Source: Pocillopora damicornis (Eukaryota). Taken from it: a stretch of 64,000 bases of DNA. A program made the position numbers and the translations under genes. The notes under the pieces were generated by a model that was not told the origin of the DNA, did no database searches, and saw only the letters and a program-made list of their open reading frames with translations. Each line of letters starts with the position of its first letter. Position 1 is the stretch's first letter. The DNA lies in the NCBI RefSeq assembly GCF_003704095.1, contig NW_020845961.1, positions 186,001-250,000 of the forward strand, read 5' to 3'. Shown piece after piece: positions 1-36,400 of this stretch.

Positions 1-199
1 TATACTTTTATGGGTTATTTCTTGGAGACAAGGTACAAATTGGTGAAAAAATAGCTTTTTTTAGGCAGCAACATCAAACAAAGCATTTTAGGTTTTACTC
101 ACAGACAAAATTTTTATATCCAGTATTTCCTGTCATTAGGTAATAAAACTGTTTCATTTCAGATTCCATTGTAATAAACTTCTTTAATGTACCTTTTAG

Positions 200-13619
<13,420 letters not shown>

Positions 13620-13754
13620 AGAGAGTTGTGTAATCACGGAAAACTTTTTGATGATTTAAGGGTAAGTTCTTATTATTAGTTGATCACTATAGTTAGCAAG
13701 TTAACTTGTTACTTGTACATGTTCTCTTCTGGTTCCTCTGTTTCTTCTTTGTTC

Positions 13755-13972
13755 TTTCGTTCCTTCATTCCTTGTGACGTTCCTTCATTCCTCCGTTCCT
13801 TCATGACGTTCCTTCGTTCCTCCGTTCCTTCATGACGTTCCTTCGTTCCTCCATTCCTTCATGACGTTCCTTCGTTCCTCCATTCCTTCATGACGTTCCT
13901 TCGTTTCTCCATTCCTTCATGACGTTCCTTCGTTCCTTCGTTACTTACTTCTTTCGTTCCTTCATTCCTTCA
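13755..13972. repeat. Minisatellite, about 28-bp pyrimidine-rich unit, about 6 copies, downstream of the POLG stop codon
   Basis: TCATGACGTTCCTTCGTTCCTCCATTCCT repeated. Confidence 0.9.
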
Positions 13973-14599
13973 CTCTTGCAATTGGGAAAAACTGGAACGG
14001 ATCCCCTTATAATAAAAATCAAAGGGTTCCACAGGAATGCTGAATAGTTTCGTTCTCAGTTGCCCCCAAATTCAACTCCATGGCTGCGTTTGTATAAAAC
14101 AATAATCTGTCCACCTCTCTCGCGAATGTATGGTTAAAATTTTTATCGTGCTATGAACTTGTAAGACGATAGAAAACGTTAGTATGGCTTGTTTAACATA
14201 TTTTGCTTTTGACTAGATAGCAAACACTGCTTACTTAAGAATCGTGTATAGTCCCTGGCTGGTACAATTTCCGGAATTTAGATTGTTCACTGGACATGAA
14301 CCCTCTCTATTAAGACCGTGACGATCGATTTACGTTTTGGTGTTGAAACTATTAGATCCTCAAGATCCATCTTTGATGGGAGTTTTCTTCCTAGACTTTT
14401 CCTGGGCTAACTGAGAATCCACCAATAAGATGTGAAAATAAAACCAATCATGTCACGCTTTTTGTTCCTGCGCGTCTTTGCCTTTGCTTTACTCAGATTG
14501 GCTCCTTTTGATAAATACCTTCATTTTAGTTCGACTAAGTGATTATTTTGGATGTGTTATAGAGACGATCAATCGAACGGCGTTCTAATTTGCCTCAAA

Positions 14600-14687
14600 G
14601 TTGATCTATCACGAGGGGTGAAAATTTCATTTCTGTGAATTACCCTCTAAACGTGCTTGGACCCAATTAGAAATGGAACTTAATTTC

Positions 14688-14724
<37 letters not shown>

Positions 14725-15885
14725 TTTTTTTTTCAATCGCCAACGTATGCAATGAATTCACTATCCATCAAGTGTTAGATGAATATTGTGAATGCCAATA
14801 TGTGCTCAAATCAGCTGAGGAACTAATTTTTTTTCCAACTGATTAGCCTCCTAAGTCGTGCTCCGATACAAGTAGTATTGGAAATAATTGATTAATTTAA
14901 GTTTAGTTATTTTTTGTAGTTGCCTCTATTTTCAATGACTTCATCACCTAACAGCAGTTAATTGATAATTTTGTATGCCAGTCTGTGGTGAAATCAGATG
15001 TTAAACTCAATTTCCTTCTGGTGACTTGCCCACGAAAACGTGCCTGGATCCAAGAAGTATTGTAACTTATTACTTCATAAAAATTGCCTCTATCTCCAAT
15101 GACTCATCATCTATCAACGTGCTGTCAATTGACTATTTAATTTGTTAATATGTGTTGAAATCAACTTTTAAACTCGATTGCTATCTGGTGATTTCCATGT
15201 ACGAAAACATGCTTGAATCTAAGTTGCTATGGAACTTAATTACTTTCATTTTTGTTACTGCAGTTGCCAATATTTCCAATTACTTTATAATCTACCAACA
15301 GTTAATTGGCTATTGTACGTGCCAATCTGTGCTGAAATCAGCTGGTAAACTCAATTTCTCTTGGGTGGTATGCCGTCGAAAACGTGCTTGGATTCAAATA
15401 GTATTAGAGTTTGTAACTTTAATTTTTTTTTTTTTTAATTGCCTATATCTCCAATGACTTAATTATCTATCAATTGTAAGTTGACAACTGTAGATGCCAA
15501 TCTGTGCTGAAATCAGCTGGTAAACTCAATATTCTCTGGTAATGCCCCTGATACGTGTTTGGATCCAAGTTGTTTTGGAACTTGATAACTTTAATTTTTG
15601 TTCCATTTTTGTAACTGTCTGTATTTCCAATCACTTCATAATCTGTCAACAGTTAATTGACTATTTTAAATGTCAATATGTGCTTAAATCAGCTGGTAAA
15701 CTTAATTTTCTCAGGTAATTTGCCCTCGAAACGCGCTTGGATCCAAGTTGTTATGGAACTTAATCACTTTAATTTCGTCCTTTTTTGTAATCGCCTTTAT
15801 TTCCAATAACTTCATCATCCCTCAACAGTTATTGAAATATTTAACGTCCTAATGTGTGCGGAGGTCAGCTGGGAAACTCATTTAA
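14600..15885. repeat. Diverged tandem (satellite-like) array, about 176-bp unit, about 7 copies
   Basis: The anchor TGTGCTGAAATCAGCTGGTAAACTCAAT occurs at ~14801, 14984, 15151, 15328, 15502, 15678 and 15855; each unit also has AAACGTGCTTGGATCCAAGT. Confidence 0.85.
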
Positions 15886-16951
15886 AAGAACCACTTTTTT
15901 AGAGCAACCGTTAGCTAAAATGTCGACTCTGGCAGATTTTGTTACAAGCCAAATATGTGTCATAGGTATGCCAGTATTTTTGGCAGAGCTTTTTCAAAAG
16001 AAGTCCTTAGAAAAACTGTCCTTAGGAAAGGGTTTAATTTATGTTAGACGAAGACAGATATACTTAAATTCATGTCTTATAAAAATGGCAAGCGCTTTAA
16101 AGCTTGAGAAAAGAGAAGCTAGCAAAACATGCCGGCCGCCGGTGTTTGAGGAGAACACTGTACAAGTTTGGCTCTTTACTCTATTAGAGCACCTCGGTGT
16201 TATCTCTCAATCGAAAAAGGAACAGAGGGAACCGCTTTGAGTCTGACCAAGTGGCCAATGTCGGTCGAACTGGCGGATAATTAAAATGTGCGTGTCTTCT
16301 TTCGACAGTACCCCTAATACCTTCCGCGAATTAATTGCATTCTTGCAATTTCCATCCCGTCATTACGACCTCAAACTTTTGTTTCATGTTATTATAGTGG
16401 TCTGTAGATTGGATTACAACGTTTCTTTTTTTTTCCCATCCGTAGAGATATTGGTATTTTTCAGTTAGTCATGCTGGATGTAGGAAAGAGGTGGGAATCC
16501 GGATTCGGAAACTGCAAATCCCAAAATAATTATAACCAGTAACAGATGATCGTATAGCTTTAAAGTACTTGATAAACTGACATGTAACTCGATAAATCCG
16601 TCATCTTCATTGTTCAGGGAATTTCGCTATCTTATTTATCATGTTTATCTCTCTCCATAAACCGCTTTTGATGTTAAAAGTTCGTTTGCCTTCTTGTGAT
16701 TACTGTGGTGTGTCCTATATATTTGACGTGATACGTGCAGCAAGGGAAAAGTATAGAAAGTGCTAACCCGCGTCACCTCTTTCAACAGCAGTTGCACGAA
16801 GAAAGCTTCATTAGAAAAAGTCACGAGAAGAGGTTATTGTTTATTGAATTACACTATTTGCCTGTCGAGCGGAACTCCTGAGCTGAACGAAGTACACCGC
16901 TTTCAAGCTCTGCGTCTCGTAATATTTCACTACAAAGCACTGTTGCACACC

Positions 16952-19900
16952 ATGACCGAGAGAGTTTATAAAATTGCTGTTCTTGGGAACGAAGGAGTCG
17001 GTAAAACAGGTCAGTGAGAAAGTTTTGTTTAAGTTAATTTTTAGAAGGTTCACGAAGAATTAGTTTTTCTGTTCTGTTTTGGTAAGAGAGATCTTGGTTG
17101 CAATAGTCGAGCTGCTGTTCAGCAACTAGTGTTTGCTAGCCTGGTGAATCAAGTGTTTGGTTCTCCCTTATTAAACGCCATATCGAAAGAGTGGCTAGTC
17201 ACGTTTTCGATGTTCAAAGCCAAACCATTCTCGTTAACTTGGACAGTTTTCGGTGATTAATCGCGTAACAGTGCTCGCCCTTCTTTGAACATGCGATTGT
17301 TGACCTCAGATAAGTGTGGAACACTCTTTGAAAGCTTTTTGTCTTCCTTCAACAAATCTTGATGTGCCAACCTTTTGGTGACACATTTGGCTCGACGCTG
17401 ATACAGCTTCTTCCCATCATCAATCGATCGACAAGGACCAACAGTTGTTGGCAAGATCACGAACAGATATCGCGGAAAATCAGATGAAATTTGAATCAGT
17501 CATGTTTACAAGTTCATAACAGAGTTGAGTCTGATTCTCTGAAGTATACTATTTTTCTTTTCTGTCTCACAATTTCAGCGGTTTTGGAATAATTACTAGT
17601 CTCTCGTCGCTACTGTGGTAATTTTTCTCCTTCTTTCATGAGCACTGATTGGCAAGTGCGTTCGTGGACTGATCGAATCGTACAGACGTTACCAGTATCG
17701 TTTAGAATTAATTGTTACAAAGTTTCGGCCTCTTGAATGGCCGCTTGTTCAGAATTGTTGTACCTGTCTTTAGTTCCTATCTGCAAACAATTTAAATCGA
17801 TACTATGAGAAGTATACTTGTGTGGTTTAGATTGAATGCGGACATAAGAAAACCCACAGACACTATGAAACAGGATAAATGAGACACACCTATAGGCGGA
17901 GTTCGTTGTTGGGAATTTCGAAATGGAACTTTTCTTTTTATAGAGATAAACGTGAGGAAAATCGCAGATTGGCTCCGTATGGTAGCATTTTGTACTCCTC
18001 CTCGGAGAGCGCCTTAAATAGTTGAACCGATATTTTTTAAATTTACTTTCGTCTTGGTTTTCGGCGTACGGGCTTTCGTAAACCTGTTCTGCCCCGCTTT
18101 AGTATTTATTCTCGCTAGTTGCACTTAATGATCAAACAAAACTGATGAATTTTCCGGAAGGTCAGGGACGACGAAGGCATTTTGAAAATCTTTCAACCGA
18201 CGTCATAAATATCTTGTTTCATAATCAACACGACAATGATGATTATATCCTTCAATTTACAGTTAAAACTCTGCAAGGCATTATGAAAGCTTCCTATTAA
18301 TCGGAAGGCGGAATAGTCAGTATTTGAAGTGGCCGAACAAGCATGGGTTTCCTTGGGGTCGCTGTTATTTTGAAAAGCGTTTTGGTTAGCCAGCCAAGGA
18401 AGTCACATTACTGTATTACTAATAGCACTATGACGGCTGTTGGGAATAAATTCTTTCCATATTATGTTACTAATCAACCTGCCGCCAGGCGTGTTATAAT
18501 CTGGAGGAAATTTCGAATTTTCTCGTTTAAACATGGTTTGCTGAAGTACACATCAGAACTACTCAGAGAACACTCCTAGACTATCTGAGGACATCAATGA
18601 CAAAGTTTTTTTTTCTGTTCTTGCAGCACTGTTGGTACGTTTCCTGTGTCATCGATTTATTGGGGAATATGATCCTACAATTGGTAAGAGGAACGAGTAA
18701 CGAAATTTCCTTAAGGAGGCACTGTAGTTTTTGTTAGGAACGAAAAGAAGTGGGGGGGGGGGGCGTAGGAGTTTTTAGGGAATCTCATGGTTCATGGGGA
18801 ACGGAGAGGGGATCAGTTGTCAACAAAAGAGTATGGAGGGAGAACTATAGAACATTGACTGTCAATTAACTGCCAGTGAGGGAAGATCATCAGAATACCA
18901 CAGAGTCTTATGGGGGAATAAGTTTTAAAACTTTATCGTGACACAACCAAAATCGTCCGTCCCCCACCCCCACGTGAGAAATAAAGACCTGCCCCGCTAC
19001 TGTGTTCTGATGGAAGCTTGTGACGTGAGCTAGGATATGCCCTCCTCGAAAAAAGGGTTTCTAGGAAGAACTTGATGAACTTGGTATAAAACAAAAAGTA
19101 ACCCGCACCTAGAACCCTTCTCTGACGTTCTTGCCGCTCTTTCTTTTACCGGGACTTTAAGCAGTCAGGACGGTAACGCCGGGGAAACGTCGATTAAAAG
19201 ATAAAATAATATTTTTCTTTCTTGTTGCCGTTGCCTCCGTGGTTTGTTTAACCTTTCTGAGGGAGGGTGTCACACCCTTAGCCCTTAACACCCTTATATC
19301 AGTATGCATATTCTCCATAAAGTTCTCTAGACATTTCCTAAGGTGATGACAAGGAGAATTTGTTGAAAGATCAAGAGCTTCTTTAGTTGGTGATCATTTC
19401 CTGTATTCTCATGACCTTAATGTTTGATTCAGGGGCGATATGATTGGAGAATTAGATGCTAGTCGCTCTTTGGTGAACTCATAGAGGGAAAAAAAAACAG
19501 TGCAGCCACGGGGTTCACACGATGTTATGGTGTGTGAATTTTGAGATGCGTGATTTTATGGAAGGTAAATTATTGAATTTGTCGTGGTAATTAACTTTCT
19601 TTTTTTTTTTCAGAGGATTGTTATCAGCGTAAAATAACAGTGGATGGCGAGGAAGTCACCATTGATGTGCTAGACACAGCTTACAGGGTAAGTAATCAAT
19701 TCTGCCCAACCTGTTCCAAAGCTTTTTCTTTTATTCTTTTAACAAACTGTGCACTGAATAATGGCATAAGAAAAAGCCTTGCCAAATTTACTCAAATTGA
19801 GGGTTCCCTTCCCCGTATTCATCCCGTTAATTTTATGAAAATGAACGACCTTTCTCAGTTCGTGTTTGCCAAAGACTTTAACTACTTCCTTCAATTCTCG

Positions 19901-20516
19901 TTTTTCAATTTACAGTTAGCATTGTTTTACTTTTTATATCATTCGTGCACTTAAGTTGTCAATGTATCCTCCATTTTGGCTTTTCTAGAACACGCCATCG
20001 AAGCTTGTGGAGAATTTTCTCCACGTGGGAGATGGTTTCATCATTGTCTACTCCATGACAGACAGGAAGAGTTACATCACAATCCCGCGGTACAAAGAAA
20101 TGATTGAAGAATCACGTGACTGTACTATTCAGGGCCCAGCTTCGATAGTACTCATCGGGAACAAAACTGACCTGGAAGAACATCGCACAGTTGCGAAGCG
20201 GGAAGGACAGACATTGGCCAAAAGATACGGGTGGTTATTCGGCGAAGCTTCAGCTGCAGAATACGATGGCGTGGATGTCTGTTTTTACGATGTAATCCGT
20301 GAAATGCGAGCGCGCAGGTGTAAGATGAATCCTTCTGCGCTTCTCCTGCATCTGAACGATCTACGTCAGTCCAGTTGCAGTGATACGGACAGTCAAACAG
20401 ACGAAAGTGCGTCGGAAAGCAAGAAAAAACGTTTTGTCAAAAAGAAATTGAGCGATTCTAGTCGTCAATACAAACTGAAATTGTTTGGTTCGTGGCATCA
20501 TGTGCATTCAAAGTGA
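16952..20516 (+). CDS. Ras-superfamily small GTPase, RERG/RASL12-like and atypical. Exons 16952-17009, 18627-18683, 19614-19687, 19989-20516
   Basis: G1 KIAVLGNEGVGKT, G2 RFIGEYDPTIED, G3 DVLDTAYR, G4 LIGNKTDL, G5 EASAAE. Phases 1/1/0 are consistent. The C-terminus is basic with no CAAX box. Confidence 0.9.
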
Positions 20517-20789
20517 AAGAGAACTTAAGTTTGGTTAGATACTTGTAAAGGAAATCCAAGGCTCTCTGATTCGTAATAAACAATTGGAGAGTTTGAAAGT
20601 GAAGAATAAAAACACACCTAAAGTACCAAGATAGCGTAAAGGCGAGTCGGTTAGCTACTTTCTTGATGAACACTCTCTTCAACTGAATTTAATTTGACTG
20701 CTTTATGTTCACTTTTCTCCGTGCTTACTAGAGGAATAAATTAAGTCCTGCCGTAAATGAGAATCTTCTTATCAATTTTATCACTTGAA

Positions 20790-20964
20790 TTGGCCATTTC
20801 TGAATTACCTTTGGCCTCTTCTTCAAAGCGAGTCCTGGTGATCATCCTTCTTAACGATTGTAAGTTTTTCATTCACATGCAAATTAAATCATTTACATAC
20901 AATTGGTTGAGCACTAGGCCTTGTTTTTAAAAAGAGGACAAAAGTATTTCGGAAATGGCCTATT
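20790..20964. mobile_element. MITE with imperfect long terminal inverted repeats
   Basis: TGGCCATTTCTGAATTACCTTTGGCCTCTT ... AAGAGGACAAAAGTATTTCGGAAATGGCCTA. Confidence 0.65.
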
Positions 20965-22194
20965 AGCGCGAGTGGTTGTTCTGCCTAATGGAAAAATATT
21001 CATCTCTGCAAATCTCGCTTTTAGACGAAAATAACATGTTGAGATGAAATTCTGTTTCAACACAAACATGCGTGAAATTAGTTCACATCGGCATCTGTTT
21101 TATTTTTTGACTCTAAACGGGGAAATTCGCTAATTTTCGGGAATGCCATTTGAACGGAGCGAGAGATCCTTTATCACGGTTCTCGGAGGAGCTGAAAGAG
21201 TATTTCCTTTCAAAACTTCACAACCTTGTTCTAAGAATTGCGGTCCTTTTGCTAAGCGCAACGAATAAACAGGATCAGTAACGTAGATTCAGTTCTGCTC
21301 CGTGTTGGTTGGTCAACAACCGCTGACACAGCCGTAATGACTCTTGACTCAAAAGTGTTGGATTAGAGGCGCTGACCAACAGGATAGCGGTTCTTACAGC
21401 GATACTGTCGATACGTCATGATTCACGTGAACATCAGAAGTTAAAAGAAATATATAGTTTACAGTATACTTAATTCAATTATAGTTTGTATGTTTACGTA
21501 GTGGGATAAAGCAAGATAACAGCTGCTGATAAGAGCTTAAGTATGAAACGTGATAACCAAAGAATTAACTCACTGAGAATAAAAACAGGGCGCTTGTTAT
21601 CAGTAATGTGATTTCTACTCAGCCACTCTTATCAAATAAGACGCCCAAAATTGCATATGGTTACTGGTAGTTCAAACCTTGCATTTAGCCTCGAATTTTC
21701 AGAAATTCGGATGCTTTTCTGTGCTTTTTAAGTTGCACAAGACTGTAATCTTCAATCACTAAATCAAATTTCCAAACTACTCGCTTTGTATATCGCTCAA
21801 TAAACATAATTCCAATCTTGTTTTTGATTTTTAGGGTCAAGAATTGACTTTTGCCCTTGAAGTAGACTTATTTGAGAAATCGTTATCTGTGAAGTATGCT
21901 AGACTTATCTTAATCCTCTGAGATTTTCGGCGAGGATCAAAGCCACGCCTACGCAGACAACCTGCACTTACTGATGGCGAATGGTTGATTGGACTGAAGA
22001 AGAGCAATGGCTAGACGGCTTGTGACAGCAAAGTGGTCAAATGAGAGGCTGTTATATTACTTTACTCGAGTAGGTTGAACGAATTCAAAGCAGTAGCCCT
22101 CTTCTGATAAATGTAGATAAGCAATGATTTTAACATTACTTCGATAACAGATTCGCCAAGATTCATCATTGCATTTGTGTCAACTTGTTTATTT

Positions 22195-22500
22195 AACAAC
22201 TATTCGCCGAAGTTGGGGTGGCTAGTGGTGGATATTTACCAAGCCGCGAAGCAGAGAGGTAAATATTCACTGTTGGATACCGACACTGAGGTAAATAATA
22301 GTTTTCGTATACACTAAATAGCGAGATAATTTAGCACAAAAATGTTATTTTATCTCAATCATTTATTCCTGCAACGATTGCAATATTTTTGAGCATAAAA
22401 CCCGTGAGTTTCTCGGAGATGAATAGCAAAGGATAGACGGAGTTTGAGTAGCCAATCAAAGCGTGCCTTCAACCAAATCGACCGTTTTGTATATACTAAT
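22195..22500. repeat. Dispersed repeat; a related degenerate copy lies at ~61670-61925
   Basis: Both share the ACTGAGGTAAATAATAGTTTT..TATA(C/T)AC and CCAATCA.AGCG...GTATATA motifs. Confidence 0.45.
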
Positions 22501-23155
22501 TTATTCTATCGCCTTTATGTAAAGATGGCGGCTGGGTCAATTTTCAAATTATGAGAAATGAGGTGGAAAATCTACCATTTATCATATGGTATTTGGATAT
22601 TTCTCCAGAACTTCTTCGACGTAAGGGTTGTCAAGATTGGCAACATTTCAGCAAAAGTGTATTAGGTTCGAAGAAGCCAATTATACAGAACAGCAAAGTA
22701 AATAATCTTCAGCGTTCTAGAAAAAACATGGCATTCATCAAGTGGTGTTGTAAACACGAACTGTAATAAAACTCGAGTGAAAAGTCTCAAGGAAGAGTAG
22801 CTTCACTATGACTAAGGTACTGCGGGCAGCTCTCATGAGGTACTCATCCTGTACTTTATAATTTCGGAAGAGACGAATGGCTTCAATTTAAAGACGGCTC
22901 TGTTAGTTACCATGAAATTTCATGTGCGGATAGGGAAACTGCCGTTAAATCAAAAGAGAACTTATCTTTGTCGCGTCCAATTTTACGATACGCGCCGCCT
23001 TCAAGAAGGCGCCGCCTTACGAGAAACTTAATTTCGTAAGAGCCGCGGCACTTATTAGCCTCGTTTTCAAGATAATTGCTATCCAGGCCTCTCCTTTTGC
23101 GCTTTGCCGGTTTGACGTCTTGACCACGTGCCTCTTTCTCCTTGAGTCATCCAAC

Positions 23156-32629
<9,474 letters not shown>

Positions 32630-33422
32630 TTATCAGACAACTTGAAACGATCACTACGAGAAATTCTAAGAAGCACCAACGAAGATATATGCAAGAGCTG
32701 AAAGTTATTGTACTTTGTTTTAACTTAAAGGAGTTCGCTCAATTGTTGTTGAAATGCAAACAATGTTATAGAGTTGGCGCTCGTCAGTGTTAACGTGTTC
32801 GAGTTAGATGCTTGTTAACAACTTTGCTCCCCGTTTTTGTGGACAGTTAAGACATGCTTGGTAAGAATGTTAATTTCATGAAACAAAATGACTTAAAAAT
32901 ATTACAGAAAATTAAAGAGAAGTTGTTCAGCCAGAATTGTTTTTCTTATGAACACATTTTTTCAAATTCATCATTGTATTCTCTATCCTCAGCACAAATT
33001 GATTATTACGGCTCATGAAAATATAAAGTCGGAAAACGAGGGTGTTGAAGTATTGGGGTGAGGTGACTGACACATTACAATGTACACTATGGCAAGTTAT
33101 CAATTGACTTCGCTTCACCGTCGATTAGTAAGGGTAAAAATATTCCATGGTCGCTGACAAACGGCAAATTTGCATCGTGATTACATGTGTTTAGGAGGCT
33201 CGGAAGGCTAATTTCTAAGGCAAGAGACAAGCCACTAAAGAAGTCTCGCATAGAGGTAGCATTTTAATGCCACTGTACGAACAGTTTTTTTTTTTAAAGA
33301 CCAGTGAAACTTTCGTCGCCATGTTGGAATTGAAAGGCATTACGTGATCAAAGGCCAGACATCGAAGGTGATGTAAATTAGTAGATTGGCAGAACTTGAT
33401 CCTCTTCTTTAAATCTTTGCCT

Positions 33423-36400
33423 TTACTTGCATAGAGCCTCCAGCTTCGCGAGTATCTTGTTTTTGGAGTGTTCACTGTTACTCCAGATTTTCACTATTTC
33501 CTCGATCTGGAAAGGAATCAGAGAAACGTTTGAGCGGTTCGTCCAATTGTCGCACAGATCGTTAATTTAAAAGGTGGGGCACTTCCTCCTGCTGTAGAAA
33601 AGAGTATTGGAAGAGAGGCGATCAAATGGTCTCGTTTTGAGTGAATGTTTGATAATTTTTTCAGTATTTTCTGAACGACTAAGAATCTAGCTTTAGGTAC
33701 ACGCTGTTCACGAGGAAAACAACGTTCCCTTTCACAGTGCAAACTTTTATTCACGATGTACATCACGACAATGTTCAGGGTTTACAACTTGTTTCTATAA
33801 AGGTTGTCGACTCCGAAAAGTATTGTGGGTAGTTTCCAGGCCATTTTTCTTTGACCTCAGGATCTCAGGGAAATCTGAGAAAACGTTAATGTAAGGACGA
33901 GGCATCGTGGGTTTAATAATGAAGAAATGTAAAATGGTTTCCGTGTTTACATAGCCTGATGTAAACACGCGGGAGGTTGGGAGAACACGAGATAAGGCTA
34001 TGTAAACACTTAGCCGGCTAGCAGCATAGCAGGCTATGTAAACACGGAAACCATTTTACATTTCTTTTATAAAATAACTAATGAAAGGGGAACGAAAACC
34101 GTGTTTACATACGCTCATGTAAAATGGTTTTATGGCCAATCAGAGTGCGCGTACTATTTGAATTATTTTATAAATTCATTTATTTATTTGACTGATTAAA
34201 ATTCGTTGATTACTGGACACCCAGATTACCATTCTAGATTTTTGCTGCTTGTCCTTTCGTCTTTCTACCGACAACCTTTCATGAAACAGCTGTATACGGT
34301 ATTAATTTTCGCATAAGGGTGTTTGATAGTGAACATCGGTAATGGCTGGTTATTGTTTATACTGTACCTCTTCAATTGTGTCCTGAAGCTCAGCACATCT
34401 GTCAGTCATCACGCGTAACAGCTGAGCAAACTGAACCATGTCATCAGGCAAGGTTACTGGATTGTGATGAGAAGCGCAACCAAAACCACATAGAACCGCG
34501 CGGAAGCTGGGAAACTGTTGTAAGAAGTAAAGCATAGCAGCCTAAAAATCTTGTGACTATCAAATAAAAGACGTACCAAGTGTTTTGCATAAAACAAAGC
34601 ACACTTTTTCGTGCTTCTTCCTTGGATAACCCACCAACTGTTTGCGTGCCCCTAACTCTTTCGCCTGCCTCAGAAAAACCTTTTCTTGTGTTTCACTTCC
34701 AGCCTTGGATAGGTGTGCCCTTCGAGGGGGTACCTCTAAGCATATATTTATTACACCGTAAACTTCTGGAATCTTGTATTTTATTACCCCTGCTATGGGA
34801 TGTACATCATGTCCTTAGTAAATTGGTTGATGGAATTTGGTGTCGCATTAAGCTAAAACATTGTATTTGATCAGAGAGAGAGTGTGAAGGGCAGTTCTTC
34901 CTATCTTAGTAATTATTATCTACTTGATGGATAATAAGTTTAAATTGTGTTGAGACTAAATATTTTTGTCCTTGTAAGGAGACTAAGGCTTGACTCAGCC
35001 TCTGAGCTAACCTTCATGTAAATATCCTACTGTGTCTACTGTTCTCACAATTCCCCAATTTTATACTTGATAATTTGGTGCTAAACTCGGCAAACAAATC
35101 CTATAGTTGATATGCTCCTTTCTTCAACAGAAATACCCCAAATACTGTCCTCCATTTAGAGCAAAAGTGTGAAAGCTAGCACATGGCGTCTCATGGTACC
35201 TTACGCGTCTCCTACGACAAAGATGCACAGAAGCAGCCTACTTTTAACAAGGATAGACAATTCTATTTCTTACCCTCCCCGTGTCTTTTTGTATTAAAAT
35301 GCTATCAATGTTGATGTTGTTGTGGCAAATACCACACTGGTGTATGAACCGTAAAGCTTGGAGGACATCAGTGGCTAGTCTACAAAGAAGTTTGGCCTCG
35401 AGTATGGCGGCGGATTCGTCCCTCATGAACGCGCCCAGTGTTATGTTTGATACAAACTGGAAGCAGATGAGCCTAATTACGAAAAAAAAAGAAAAGAAAA
35501 AACAACAAACGAAATCATTTCAGTACTCACTTGGAGGCCGTAGTTTGTTTTTGTTCTTTTTTATTAAATTAGCAAGGGGACTACCAATACAGAGAGTTCA
35601 CCTCTCATATATGGTTGGTTTGCGTCACCAATATATGACAGACCCGACGCTATGTAAAGAAGACCTTCAGAATAAGCACATGCACTTAAAAAAAAAATAA
35701 CAACTAGTCTGTTCCTTTCTGCAAAAATGAGTCCTCTTCATCACAGTTTTTATTCTCGTGTATAGAAGTTTAATCATCCATTCATCATCGATTAAGAGTC
35801 GTGAGTAGTCCGCCATTGCGTTCACTTGGCTTTGTAGTGATTGGCCAAGGAGTTTTACCCCATCTCTGATTCCCAACCAATCTGGTTCAAACATGATTTA
35901 CATGGCCATTCACGTTTTCCAGCGCTTTAGGTCGCCTATGTCGAGTTACTCTGACTTCTCTTCGACTCTCTCTGACTTTCCTCTTTGTTCTGAATGCACG
36001 GCATGAATACTTTGATTTTTGTATCGAACCCTTGATCGAAAAGCGCTCTATTGCAAATATCTCATACTCCTTTTCTTACTTCTAGTGATCATAATATTAA
36101 TTATCATGATTGTTAGAAATGATGAAATATTGCTAATGAGGGTGGAGGAACATGAAAGATCGAGTACAGTGTGCCGATAAGACAAAATATTTAAATACTC
36201 TTTCTCTGTATTTTGTCACTCGATTAATAAAATAAAAAGTAACTCACCAGGTTTGCGGTGGCAATGATGGTAGATCACCGTGACTCCTGGTCAGTCGACA
36301 ACCCTCGGCTAAAAATAGAGTGAATTATGTATAATTTGTAGGTCTGGTGGCTAAAAAAAAGGATTTATCACATGTTTAGCTGGATGGGGTCACACTCAGA

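Noticed and set aside
15854-16240. 128-aa ORF upstream of the Ras-like gene
   Set aside because: It starts at a GTG within the satellite array, has no recognisable motifs, and has no splice context.
22450-22535. CCAAT box and YY1-like AAGATGGCGGC as the ZFR promoter or an upstream start codon
   Set aside because: The CCAAT lies in a dispersed repeat, and ATG 23156 already matches the conserved ZFR N-terminus. It cannot be supported without transcription-start data.
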